64,000 bases of DNA from Hormiphora californensis (taxonomy: Eukaryota; Animalia; Ctenophora): contig CM035354.1 of NCBI GenBank assembly GCA_020137815.1, forward strand, positions 8,723,341 through 8,787,340. Direction: 5' to 3'. This document shows, in pieces, positions 28,593-40,903 of the stretch (the stretch's first letter is position 1; every line of letters starts with the position of its first letter). The notes beneath the pieces were generated by a model. It was not told the DNA's origin, did not search any database, and saw only the letters and a program-made list of their open reading frames with translations. A program made the translations under genes and the position numbers.

Positions 28593-29920
28593 CCCCCATG
28601 AACCATACTCCGAATTTAACGTCATGTCGACTGTTGGGTAGATGTTAAGATCAGTTGTAATTCACATCTGTGGTGCGGGTCCACCATCTTGTTTCAAACT
28701 GCTCAACACCACTCCAAACCTTCAATTCGAGTACAATGTAAGAATGAAAACTATGTGTGGAAGAAGGACAGTTATTGTAAAGATAAGGCAGAGAAAAAAG
28801 CTACAAAAACAGGATATTCATATGATCAGTGTATCCGGTACCTGAGGCTAAGGTTGTCGTTTGCTATAGTCCGATCCGACACCATTTCCATCAGGGGACA
28901 CTGAGGACGAGCGAGGGCAGAAGACAGCAGCGATCGGGATATGACAGTATCTACCAAATAGACTAAATCTGTTTTTTGTATAATTTATTGACCCCGTTTG
29001 TTTAATTTATTATTACCATTGTTAGTGTGTGTACCACTATTCATATTCAAGGCCAATATCGGCCGCCCCCCCCCCCAATTTTTGGTTGCTGTGTGCACGC
29101 AACCAAGTGTAAAAATCTCTCTCACCCAATTTGGTATATTTTTTGGTATATATTTTTTATATTTGTCAATATCTCGCGTCACAGGTAGAGACACCAAAAT
29201 TTGGTACCCCGGCTATTTTTTGACGCTGAACACGATGGAAGCATCCATTCAAATCTACAACGCACAGATTTTGCTGTAGAGCAATTTTATGAAAGTTAAA
29301 ATAATGTCATAATTATGTCATAACTAATTAACGAGACAGAATTAGAAATTTTCGATACCGTAGCAATGGTCCTGATGGTACTCCTAGTTCATCCACTAAG
29401 TTTTGTGAGAAAACACGGCACGCCACTCTTACTTTAAACAACTGCATCTTTCACGCGTGTTGCGTAAGGGTCAGCACACACCAAAGAAAAATTAAAATTT
29501 TGATTTTAATTTTAACTTTGGTGTGTGCTGATTTTTAATAATGTGAACGGGGGGGGGGGGGGGGGCGCACACTTAAATTCACTTAATTCCATTTGCGCGT
29601 GCTAAATTCTTTTCCTGACAATCTTAAGACTTAATCCTAAAAGTATCGGAAAGATAATTTTAAGACCTTTTCAATGCAACCAAGATCAAGTCTTTATCTT
29701 ATCAGGAGCCAGAGATATGATCGAAACAAACGGAAAAAAACTTTCCCACGGTGCGTGGGAAAGTTTTTTGCGCGCCCCCCCCCCCCCCCCGTTCACATTA
29801 TTAAAAATCGGACTTTAACCCTTTAAGTGATGATTTACCACGCTGTCGTGTATTCGAGTATCAGGATTTAATTGAAAAGTCACATTGAGGTGTGTATTTA
29901 TAACCTGTCGCACCTCTCAG

Positions 29921-30076
29921 TTGAGTGTCCTGTTGGTTTCTACTCTGACGGTGCGACATGTCAAGAGTGCCCCCAAGGCACCTACCAAAGCGAGACAGGG
30001 AAAACCTATTGCATATCATGTCAAGATGGTCAAACAACAGGATTCAGCGGTAGTAGCAGTGTCAGCGACTGTTCAG
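29921..30076 (+). CDS. Receptor PTP exon H, GCC2/GCC3 repeat
   Basis: tctcag acceptor; VECPVGFYSDGATCQECPQGTYQSETGKTYCISCQDGQTT...SDCS; G|gtattt donor; phase 1-1. Confidence 0.9.
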
Positions 30077-30106
30077 GTATTTTTAAATTTAGTTTCTTAT
30101 TTTAGA

Positions 30107-30510
30107 TACAATGAGTAGTGTTTATTAGGGACCAGTTACAGATTTGGAACCGGGCGTCAGGTTCCTCGTGCGCGAATTTTTGCACACTGCTGACAATGAA
30201 TCATGCTCAACTCCCCATTCATTCTGGAAATTTAGTCGCGAATTGTAAATGATGACGCACAGCATGGTTCATCGGGAATCTCCCATCAGGAATCTCCCAT
30301 CAGGAAACTGACGCCCGGTTCCAAATCTATAACTGGAGCGTAAAGGACTTCTGACGACTCGTAGATTTTATTCAGGAAAAGATAATCGATTATCTTTTCC
30401 TAAATAAAATCTACGAGTCGTCAGAAGTCCATAATAAACACTATTCGTTGTATCAGAAACTATATGCGACTCAAAAACAGCCGATCGCGATTGGTCAACT
30501 TATTGATTTT
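30107..30510 (+). mobile_element. Diverged relative of the SL-hammerhead element (centre missing; MITE inserted at ~30132-30337)
   Basis: Same arms (GACGACTCGTAGATTTTATTCAGG...) and same tail GCGACTCAAAAACAGCCGAT...TTGGTCAACTTATTGATT as 9354-9622. Confidence 0.65.
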
Positions 30511-30533
30511 ACATTTCACTCTTTTACAAATTA

Positions 30534-30595
30534 AAACAAGTTGGATTTACCAAACAATTGTTTCGATCCTAGATGGATCTCTTCAGTGGAATAAC
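30534..30595 (-). ncRNA. Minimal type I hammerhead ribozyme (Penelope type)
   Basis: - strand: TTCCA CTGAAGA GATCC-ATCTA-GGATC GAA ACAATTGT T TGG; palindromic stem III, GUU triplet. Confidence 0.7.
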
Positions 30596-30795
30596 AACAA
30601 ATAATTAATTTGGATGAGATGGTGGAGGTTGGTGGGGTAATATATCTGTTTGGTTTCATTATTCACACGAATGGTGTTGGCGGGTGTGACATGACATCGA
30701 AGACGCTCATTTAGACGTTTCGGCTGTACGCCGATGATGGCCGTACAGTGTACGGCCATTATCAATAATGCTCAATAAATAGTTTTACGTTGTAA

Positions 30796-30836
30796 TTTCA
30801 AATTTTTCAACACTACTTTAAACAAATTAATTTGAG
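30796..30836 (+). other. Spliced-leader relic, not followed by GT
   Basis: TTTCAAATTTTTCAACACTACTTTAAACAAATTAATTTGAG|TTTG. Confidence 0.75.
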
Positions 30837-31690
30837 TTTGCCGTCAATCGATCCGATAACTGTGTTAGCATATATTCTCTAATCTTTTAGATCTTTGTTG
30901 GGCCTACTTTACGAGTGATATTAGTGAAGAGTTTGTTATTGGCCGGCGTGCAACGGGTGTTTTAGGATGACTAAATCGTATGACAGTTGTATCACTAAGA
31001 GTGAATTTAAAGATGTGTTGGTAAGTGATGTATTCAATAATTGTAAGGGTAGTGAATTGTTAGTGTGTCTAGAGAGGGGTGACACTGTTTGTTCGTCGTC
31101 TGTCCATAAACTTCAGTTGTGGGATATTCTTAAAGTCTGCTACAAAATGCTTCCGGCGACGGCACCGTTTTCTGTTCCTGGAGACCAAACTGGTCTGAGA
31201 GAATCGTTTGCAAAGTTACACAAAGATGTGACGGTGTCTTTTTGTGAATTGCTTTTGGACTAGCTTCAAGAATCTGTGTCCAATATCCGTTTCCACTGCC
31301 ATAGAGAATTGGGGTGTATACCACAGGCAATTCGTCTTCTTCCGAAAGGTTTCAGCGGTTTTTTCTTGGTATACCAAATCTTCATCAGAGTGTCCACTCC
31401 TCCTCAACACTTCTTGGTAGAATGGTTTGGCGGCTTCAAATACCTCCTTTGATGAAGAAATCCTGTTAATTCGGTGGTTGATCATTTTAGGGAGGTTCCT
31501 TCGTACTGCAGTGGGCGGGTGATTAGATGATCTGTGGACGTATTCGGTTCTTTTATCATTCTTTCTAAACGGTCTGTAAGACTAAGTCCCGTCTGCTCCG
31601 AATGTTACGTCGAGGTAATCAACTGTTAGCGATGGTGGTGATACAGTGATCTTTAGCCCTTCGTTTGAGAATTCTCACATTTCGCTTATC
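30837..31690 (-). pseudogene. Penelope-like element fragment (RT C-terminus/linker)
   Basis: DYLDVTF...RPFRK...YVHRSSNHPP...PKMINHRINRISS...WYTPQFS...IGHRFLKLV; contains stops; boundaries approximate. Confidence 0.7.
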
Positions 31691-31829
31691 TATTTTGTAT
31701 CTCGAGCAGCGCTCTGCATACTTGTACAACTGCTAGTGTTCCTGACCCAGTACACCTGTACTGGCCAACCAGTTCCAGATGGATTGAGCGTTTTCAACAT
31801 TCAGTTCCTGGCGACAATGCAGGTATAGC

Positions 31830-32773
31830 GGACTTCATCCGGCTATAAGAGACCTCAATCCTGGCTACTATGAGAAGAATCGGGGGCTACCCTGACTCCA
31901 ACAAGGAGGGTGGTGAATTTGATCCTAACAAGATCACTACTGCAGCAAACTATCGAGTCTTGACACTAACAGAAGGTGAAGTTGATTGCAGACATGGCTG
32001 GTCTGATCTGATTCCGAGCTCTGCCCCTGTCGAAGTTAGCTAGAAAACAGTTTGAGCTAGTGGAAGAGAAACCAAATCTTGACGAGTCTAGAGGTGGAGA
32101 AACTGCTGGGACACTTAGAGCACATCAGAGACCGTCTCGACACTGTCAAGGACGAGCTACTGGATCGTGACAGGAAAATGATCACCCTTCAATTAGTGCC
32201 TAAAAGACTCCATTATCTCGATGAAGGATTCTCAGCTGGAGAGTAGCATTAGTGCTTTCTAGACTGTTGTAAAAGAGGAAATGAACAGCTATTCATCTGC
32301 CCTTCAGACCGCTGCTACCAACATGAAGCAGACTTGTGTATCTACTCTAGCTCCCACTAAGATACGTGCTGCCCTGGCCAGCGCCACAGTTGACCGATCT
32401 GCAAATCTGAGTCTAAGGACTAGCCGAGAACAATGATGACAGCGACTCTACCAGGGTAAAGGAATTGTTTCAGAATTTGGCAGAGGCACCTGTTTTGGTG
32501 GAGGTTGATAGACTGGGGAGGAGGCGTGATGAGGATGTACGTCCTGTTCGTGTGGTATTGAGAAGCAGGGAAGTAGCTAGGACTATTTTGTGCAAATCTG
32601 CTCAGCTGAGGGACTCCGATACTAATCAGTTTGTATACATTTCCCCAGACAGAACTCTAGAAGAAAGGGCTGAAAGGAGGGATCTTGTTGCCAGAATGAG
32701 AGAGAAGAGGGAGAAAGAGCCAGAGAAGGTTTTTAGAATCAGGAGAGGTTCTGTTATCGAGATCAATGAGTGA
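31830..32773 (+). pseudogene. Degenerate ORF1 of a CR1/L2-group LINE
   Basis: RLGR...RPVRVVL...ILCKSAQLR...VYISPDRTLEERAERR; left boundary approximate. Confidence 0.65.
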
Positions 32774-32939
32774 GTGATTTTATGTTTGAGAAGGGGAGAG
32801 ACTGAGCTGCTATATCGTGTATGTTCCTGTGCTCGGGCGAGAATGAGAACGAGAGAGGGAGATATGAGCTTTGATAAACCACTACATATTCACTTCATTT
32901 TACAGAATTAATTTTTATATTTATTACCATTATTACCTT

Positions 32940-33103
32940 CCCTACTAAAATATAGTTCGACGCGACGCGACGCGCGATCGATGAACGATCGATAAACGAT
33001 CGATATCGATCGTTTATCGATCGTTTATCGATCGTTTATCGATCGTTTATCGATCGTTCATCGATCGCGCGTCGCGTTGCGTCGAACTATATTTTAGTAG
33101 GGT
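32940..33103. mobile_element. Palindromic MITE with internal ATCGATCGTTT repeats
   Basis: CCCTACTAAAATATAGTTCGACGC...GCGTCGAACTATATTTTAGTAGGG. Confidence 0.75.
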
Positions 33104-33400
33104 TTGAAGTGTGAAACATATTGTTCGGACACGGTGGGTACCAGGGTCGGGCATCCTGGTAAACGCACACAAAAGACCTTACCCGTCTTCGTGTTATTAG
33201 CCTTGATGCGTCACCCTGTATCCCCACCCAGTTTTATCCAGTGTGGCTGGTTTTCTTGACATTATATATTTAATTTCGGCACATGCCACTGCCAGCGGCA
33301 GTTTTGATTGATTGATTGATAAATTTTTCCTGATTCTCTCCACACCGGAAGCCGACAAGTTCTCCAACAACATCGGGGGGGGGGCCTGCCGTAAAAATAG

Positions 33401-33462
33401 GTTATTCCGCTGAAGAGATCCATCTTGGATCGAAACAATTGCTTGGTAAATCCGACTTGTTT
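33401..33462 (+). ncRNA. Hammerhead ribozyme motif, inverted partner of 30534-30595 (triplet GCU)
   Basis: TTCCG CTGAAGA GATCC-ATCTT-GGATC GAAA CAATTG CT TGG. Confidence 0.6.
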
Positions 33463-33541
33463 GCTGCTCTCGGTTCGTAATTGGATCGATTGAGCTCTCT
33501 CGTGGTGAATCGACCATCAACATTGCATTTCACTCTTTTAC

Positions 33542-35340
33542 TAAAACTAGAAAGCCCATTGTAGTCTTACAACAACCCCCCGCCCGTCTCTTATATGTCT
33601 CGCCCCCTCTCAATCTTCGTCTCTCCATGTCGGGGTAAAGACTAAATAATGCGAAGGTTGGTAGTGGTAGAGCGCTGGTGATCAAAAGAAATCCCGCTGA
33701 ATAACATGTAGAATCAGGTGATAAAGATCCGTAGAATTGTAGGTGTGTAGAGAATCAATGTGGTACGTAGGTAGAAAGGCTTTGGCCCCAGCAGTAAATC
33801 CCAAAGCACCACAAAACACCACAGGAACACGCAACAAAAACCAACAACATGCACGTGCAGTATCCCCCCACAATCTCCAATACCCCTCCCAGGGCACCTC
33901 CCCTCTATTTGCACGTGATGATAGGTCATACTCCTCCTCATCACGCCACTCATTTGTACTTTATAATTAGGACTAGAAAGCCCATTGAAGTCCTACAATA
34001 GCCCCCCCCCCCCACCACCCGTTTCTCTCCCCTCTCACTCTTCGTCTCTCCATGTCGTGGTAAAGAATACGGAGGTTGGTAGTGGTAGAGCGCTGGTGAT
34101 AAACATCAAGGGAAATCCCGCTGAATAACATGCAGAATCAGGTGAATCAGGTAGAATTGTAGCTGTGTAGAGAATCAACGGGGTACGTAGGTAGAAAGGC
34201 TTTGGCAATCATGGGGCCCCAGCAGTAGATCCTAAAACACCACTAAACACCACAGGAATACGCAGCAAACATCCGATAACATGCACGTGCATGTTTTACG
34301 GACTCACAAAATTATGCTCTTTCCGGTGATATGCGGCTTTTTGCCGAAAAGTGAGAGCAAGTGGGGGCTGTCACACGCAAATACGACGCCGCGCGCGAAA
34401 AGGGGGGGGGGGTGACAGTTTAAAAAAATCCGACTTTATCCCCCCCAAAATCTCCAACACCCCTTCCAGGGCACCTCCTTGACAACCCCCCTCTATTTTC
34501 ACGTGTGGATAGGACATATTCATCACCACGACGTTCATTTCTACTTTATAATAGGGACTAGAAAGCCCGTTGTAGTCTTACAACATTACCCTCCCCCACC
34601 CGTCTCTATGTCTCCCCCCTCACTCTTCGTCTCTGCGTGTCGGGGTAAAGAATACGGAGGTTGGTAGTGGTAGAGTGCTGGTGACAAACATCAAGGGAAA
34701 TCCCGCTGAATAACATGTAGAATCAGGTGATCCGTAGAATTGTAGCTGTGTAGAGAATCAACGGGGTACGTAGGTAGAAAGGCTTTGGCAATCATGGAGG
34801 CCCCCGCAGTAGATCCCAAAACACCACAGGAACACACAACAAACACACACAACAAACAATCAACAACATGCACGTGCAGTATCCCCCCATCACCTCCTAT
34901 ACCCCTCCCAAGCCACCTCCTTGGCAACCCCCTCTATTTGCACGTGGGATAGGTCATCATACTCATCACGCCACGCATTTGCATCTTTTAATTAAGACTA
35001 GAGAGCCCAGGCAAAAAACCCAAAACTCCTCTCGCCCCCTACTGAATCCTCCCACCCCTTTCGAATTGACTGCTTTCGTCCCACATTATTCAGCACCCTC
35101 CCTCCCCCGCCCCCGGGCTATGTTGACCAACTCACCCCATAATCCCCTTACAGCCAGGAGTCCTACAACAACGCCTTCCCCCCCCCCCCCCGGTCTCTAT
35201 GTCTCTCTCTCCCCCTCTCCGTCTCCGTCTCTTTCCCTGTCCCCTCTCCAATGGATAGTCTTCATCTATCCCCTTCTCTCTTTATCCCTCTAACCCCATC
35301 ATTCTCTCTCTATCTCTCTATCTCTCTCTCTCTCTCTCTC

Positions 35341-35372
<32 letters not shown>

Positions 35373-35373
35373 C

Positions 35374-35435
<62 letters not shown>

Positions 35436-36284
35436 TATCGGGCTGGTGAATATAATGGAAGCTGGAATCAGGTGATAAAGATCCGTAGAACTGGAGCTGT
35501 GTAGAGTTATTAAAGCTGGGATACGAATTGGTAGAAAAGCTGTGGCATTCATCGGGGCCTCAGCAGTAGATGGCCAAACACCACAAAAAAACCACAGGAA
35601 CACGCAATACAACACCCAACAACATGCACGTGCAGTATTAACACTCTTGCCCACCATCATGGCAACTCCCCAAACCCCCCACCAAACACCCCTAACAACA
35701 CGTCAATTTTCCACGTACAAGCCCTAAAACCCCCTCCCCCAAATTTTGTCGTGCAACCATCTCTGCTTTATAATATAGACTAGAAAGCCCGTTGGTTGGA
35801 CCCCGTTGATGTCTCTCTCTCCCTCTCCCCCCCCCTCTCTCTCTCTCACTTCATCTCTTTATCATATCCGTGTCGGGCTGAAGAATATGGAGGTTAGTAG
35901 AGTGGCAGGGATGGTGATGCTAAAAAGCCCGTTGATTGAACTCCGTTGATATCTATCTTTCTCTATCTCTATTTTTCTCGATGTATCTCTCTATCTCTAT
36001 CTCTATTTCTATCTCTATCTCTATCTCTCTCTGCCCCTCTATCTCTCTTTCCCTCTATCTCTCTATCTCTCTCGCTCTATCTAGCTCGCTGTCCCTTTAT
36101 CTCTCTCGCTCCATCTCTCTCAGATCTCTCTATGTCTCTCTCTAGCTCTCTATCTCTCTTTGTCTCTATCTCTATCTCTATCTCTATCTCTATCTCTATC
36201 TCTATCTCTATCTCTATCTCTATCTCTATCTCTATCTCTATCTCTATCTCTATCTCTATCTCTATCTCTATCTCTCTCACTCTC

Positions 36285-36383
<99 letters not shown>

Positions 36384-37107
36384 TCTCTCTCTCTCTCTCA
36401 CTCTCACTCTTTCACTCCATCATGTCAGGCTGAAGAATATGGAGGTTGGTAGAGTGGTACGGATGGTGATGAATATCAAGGGTCATCGTTAGATGGCTGC
36501 TTGAAACGTGTCGAATTAGGTAATAAACATTTGTAGCTGTGTAGAGTAATTATCGGGGGTACGTAGGTAGAAAAACTCTGGAAATCATCGGGGCAGCAAC
36601 AGTAGATGCCATCACACCTCAAAACACCGCAGGAACACGAAACACAACATCCAACAACATGCACATGCAGTATTCACACCCTTCCCCACCAACCATAACA
36701 ACCCCTTGATTTGCACGGGCAAATGGGCAAATTGTTGCACGCTAGTGTTGCAAGCTAGGATACTCCATCACCATCATCACGCCACTCATTTGTACTTTAT
36801 AATAAGGACTAGAGAGCCCAGGCAAAAAACCCAAAACTCCTCTCGCCCCCTACTGAATCCTCCCACCCCTTTCGAATTGACTGCTTTCGTCCCATATTAT
36901 TCAGCACCCTCCCTCCCCCGCCCCCGGGCTATGTTGACCAACTCACCCCATAATCCCCTTACAGCCAGGAGTCCTACAACAACCCCCCCCCCCCCCCCCC
37001 CCGGTCTCTATGTCTCTCTCTCCCCCTCTCCGTCTCTTTCCCTGTCCCCTCTCCAATGGATAGTCTTCATCTATCCCCTTCTCTCTTTATCCCTCTAACC
37101 CCATCAT

Positions 37108-37183
<76 letters not shown>

Positions 37184-37555
37184 TTTCTCTCTCTCTCTCT
37201 CTCCCCCTCATATCGGGCTGGTGAATATAATGGAAGCTGGAATCAGGTGATAAAGATCCGTAGAACTGGAGCTGTGTAGAGTTATTAAAGCTGGGATACG
37301 AATTGGTAGAAAAGCTGTGGCATTCATCGGGGCCTCAGCAGTAGATGGCCAAACACCACAAAAAACCACAGGAACACGCAATACAACACCCAACAACATG
37401 CACGTGCAGTATTAACACTCTTGCCCACCATCATGGCAACTCCCCAAACCCCCCACCAAACACCCCTAACAACACGTCAATTTTCCACGTGCAAGCCCTA
37501 AAACCCCCTCCCCCAAATTTTGTCTTGCAACCATCTCTGCTTTATGATATAGATA
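33542..37555 (+). repeat. Complex tandem array of diverged ~400-800-bp units with CT/CTAT tracts
   Basis: Recurrent ACTAGAAAGCCC...GGAGGTTGGTAG...AACATGCACGTGCAG; ~34960-35780 is duplicated at ~36770-37555. Confidence 0.8.
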
Positions 37556-37619
37556 TGAATAGAACCCATACACTGTTTCTTTTCCTGTCCCGTTAATTCT
37601 TCACATTCCTCTCCCACAG

Positions 37620-37793
37620 AAAGTTGCACAATTCCAGATATTGCACATGGAAGCAGCTACCCACCAACCTCTGATGTAACGATTATCACACCTGTAACTA
37701 TTCTTTGTGACGAAAGCTTTGCAACGGCCAACAATCTTACCAACGTTCTATCTTGCAGTGATGCAACTGACAACCAGTCCAATCTTTGTGTCT
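37620..37793 (+). CDS. Receptor PTP exon I, Sushi/CCP-like
   Basis: ccacag acceptor; ESCTIPDIAHGSSYPP...VTILCDESF...LSCSD...LCV; T|gtaagt donor; phase 1-1; not in the ORF track. Confidence 0.8.
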
Positions 37794-39317
37794 GTAAGTA
37801 TCTCGACCAAAACGCGGAGTTTTTACGTCAGCCGACCCGAAACCGGATTAAATTTGGCTACCCGCTAGTCTCAGGGCTTCCAAATATGTCAAAATATGTT
37901 TAAATTATCATTCTGGGTCATTTAGACCTTTTAAGGGTACGCCGACCGAAATTTTTTTCGAGTGCAGGGAAATCTCTCACCGTAGGGTTGTAGGCCATAC
38001 CAAGGAGACCTCAAATATGCAATTTTAGCCCTTAAGTCGAATTCATATTTTTGCTACAGCTGTTTAAAAAATATCCTGTAAATACGTTTTTGCAGGCATC
38101 TCAAAAAAATTTTAAAGATAGGAGCATGAAAATTTGGGGATTTGAAGAGGACATGAAGGTGAATAACCAAAAAAAAAATTGGTAATCCCCGTTTGTTTTA
38201 TTTATTATTGCCATTGTAAGTGTGTGTACCACTATTTATATTCAAGGCCAAGATCGGCCGACCCCCCCCCCCCCAAATCCGAGCTGATTTCCGGTCCTGA
38301 GATGGATTTCTTTTTTTCCACTTTGCCCCTATTTGGCAAAGTTCCGAAGACATTTGAAAGCTGTAAATTGGTGAAAAGTTGCGTCTAACGATTATCTAAG
38401 TGGTCATAAATTTTGGGCGTGTCCTTATTTGAGATAAGCTGTACAGAGTTTTTTTTGTGAAAGCCGTCATTTCAGAAATAAATAAATTCCCTGTATCTCA
38501 AAAACGGCTGATCGTAGAGACCTGAGACTATGCTTAAACGATTCAGAGGGTCCGATTTGGGGGGGGGGGATTTCTGAGAGACATTTTGCTCCTACTTCAA
38601 CCGTTTTTGCTGTAATTGCGAAAAACAAAAACCCATCTTCGCCATCGTGGATTTTTTGTGATTTTGTTTTTGGTGATTATAGGGACCCATATGGACCGAA
38701 TAGTGAAGGAATTAGCTTGTTACACATTTTTCCATAGTTTCGGTCCTTTCTTAGCCAAAATTCCCTAATTACAGGATATTGGAATTTAGCTTTTGCCCTT
38801 TTCATAGAATTTGTTTTTCGCAATTACAGCAAAAACGGTTGAAGTAGGAGCAAAATGTCTCTCAGAAGACCCCCCCCCCCAAATCTGACCCTCTGAATCG
38901 TTTAAGCATAGTCTCAGGTCTCTACGATCAGCCGTTTTTGAGATACAGGGAATATATTTATTTCTGAAATGACGGCTTTCACAGAAAAAAACTCTGTACA
39001 GCATATCTCAAATAAGGACACGCCCAAAATTTATGGCCACTTAGATAATCGTTAGACGCAACTTTTCACCAATTTAAAGCTTTCAAATGTTTTCGGAACT
39101 TTACCAAATAGGGCGTTAAAGTGGAAAAAAAGAAATCCATCTCAGGACCGGAAATCAGCTCGGATTGCAAAAATTTTTTTTGGTTATTCACATTCATGTC
39201 CTCTTCAAATCCCCAAATTTGCATGATCCTATCTTTAAAAAAATTTTTTGAGATGCCAAAAACGTATTTACAGGACATTTTTTAAACAGCTGTAGCAAAA
39301 ATATGAATTCGACTTAA

Positions 39318-40305
39318 AGTGAGAGTAGACAGAATCAGAATTGGACAAGTTTGTTCGAGGTTGTAGAGATTAGTTCTATGAGCATTTTGCTTTTTTGCCG
39401 CTCAAAATCAACCCATCCATCACTGAGATATTTTTGTTACTTTCGGGGAATTCCTGTTTAATCAGTATGTAACAAACAGGATAGAAACAATCGTCATGTT
39501 TTACCAACACATTCTGAATATAAGCAGTGAGGTTGTCATGTCCATACACAAAAGCAGAGCAATGCAATTCAGCATATTAAAAATTTATACAATTTTTTAG
39601 TAAAACACAAGAATTGTTTCTATCCTTCAGAATAAAGAGATCTGAGCAAGAATTAAATTAAATAGGGAAGAAAATCGAAAAATACTGGGTTCGACCTGTA
39701 TGGCGGCGCCATACCCCATTTGATTCTCAAATTGCGACAGTGCGCTCAGATGGGGTTCGACCGGGAATTGAACCAGGGACCTCCAGAAAGACGCGCTCGA
39801 TGCTCTACCACTGAGCTACCGAACCCCTGTACAGATCGCATTTCTTCACACTATATTCAAGCACATGCCCTTAGCTAGACACCATGTGATAGAGGAAGTA
39901 ATTTTGATATCTCCTTCTGGTGATCAACACACACACACGCCCTCCGTACAACGGTTATATAGGGGAATCTCACACACACACGGGCAGATTTCGGTCAAGG
40001 AGAGATTAATTGATTATTCAGAATAAAGAGATCTGAGCAAGAATTAAATAGGGAAGAAAATCGAAAAATACTGGGTTCGACCGGGAATTCCCGGAGGGCG
40101 TGTGTGTGTGTTGATCACCAGAAGGAGATATCAAAATTACTTCCTCTGTTTCTATCCTGTTTGATAAATATTGATTCAGCAGGAATTCCCCGAGAGTAAC
40201 AAAAATATCTCAGTGATGAATGGGTCGATTTTGAGCGGGAAAAGGGCAAAATGCTCGTAGAATTAATCTCTACGACCTCCAATTCTGATTCTGTCCACTC
40301 TCACT
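39318..40305. mobile_element. Second Kolobok-type element inserted in a TTAA of the outer right arm
   Basis: TTAA|AGTGAGAGTAGACAG...CTGTCCACTCTCACT|TTAA; the left arm shows the empty site GCCCTTAAGTCGA. Confidence 0.8.
39752..39827 (-). pseudogene. tRNA-derived sequence (SINE head or tRNA pseudogene)
   Basis: GGTTCGG TA GCTCAGTGGTAGAGC...CCTGGTTCAATTCCCGG TCGAACC: A and B boxes and acceptor stem present, anticodon arm poorly paired. Confidence 0.7.
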
Positions 40306-40903
40306 TTAAGGGCTAAAATTGCATATTTGAGGTCTCCTTGGCATGGCCTACAACCCTACGGTGAGAGATTTCCCTGCACTCGAAAAAATTTCGGTCGGCG
40401 TACCCTTAATTACATGTAATTACCCTTTAATTACATGTAATTACATTTTAATTATATGTAATTACTTCAAATTACATGTAATTCCTTCCAATTACATTCC
40501 AATTACTTCAGCACCTCGAGAGCTTTCGAACGCACCCTAGAACACCTTTCTACTCCTTTTAATTGCAGAGATCTGCATACCCCTTATTTTGACTGTTTTT
40601 CGCGTCCGACCCCTTATAGGTTTGGGTATGGCCATCGCCACACCCCCTATACGTCGCGGGAGCTTTCCAACGAGCCATAGAAAACCTCTCTACGACTTCA
40701 GGGGGTTTCAAAACTTTCACCCTAAAAATATCTATGATTTATGATTATGGTTATGGATTTATGGTGTTGTTTTAGGGGGATGGGTTGAGTTTGGTTTATA
40801 TTCGGGTCGGGGGGCCTTGCCAGGCCCCGAATAATCGGCGCTAAGTTACTGATATTTAGGCAGTATAATTTGCCGCATTTCATTAACTCTTAACTATCCG
40901 CAG

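Larger units (their letters stand above)
22763..29433. mobile_element. Kolobok-type TIR element enclosing nested elements
   Basis: TTAA|AGTAAGAGTGG...CCACTCTTACT|TTAA; inverted arms of ~280 bp; RR...YY ends with TTAA TSD. Confidence 0.75.
37935..40405. mobile_element. Kolobok-type element with long TIRs
   Basis: TTAA|GGGTACGCCGACCGAAA...TTTCGGTCGGCGTACCC|TTAA; arms ~700 bp. Confidence 0.8.

Noticed and set aside
39752-39827. Functional tRNA gene
   Set aside because: Anticodon arm barely pairs and the T stem has a mismatch
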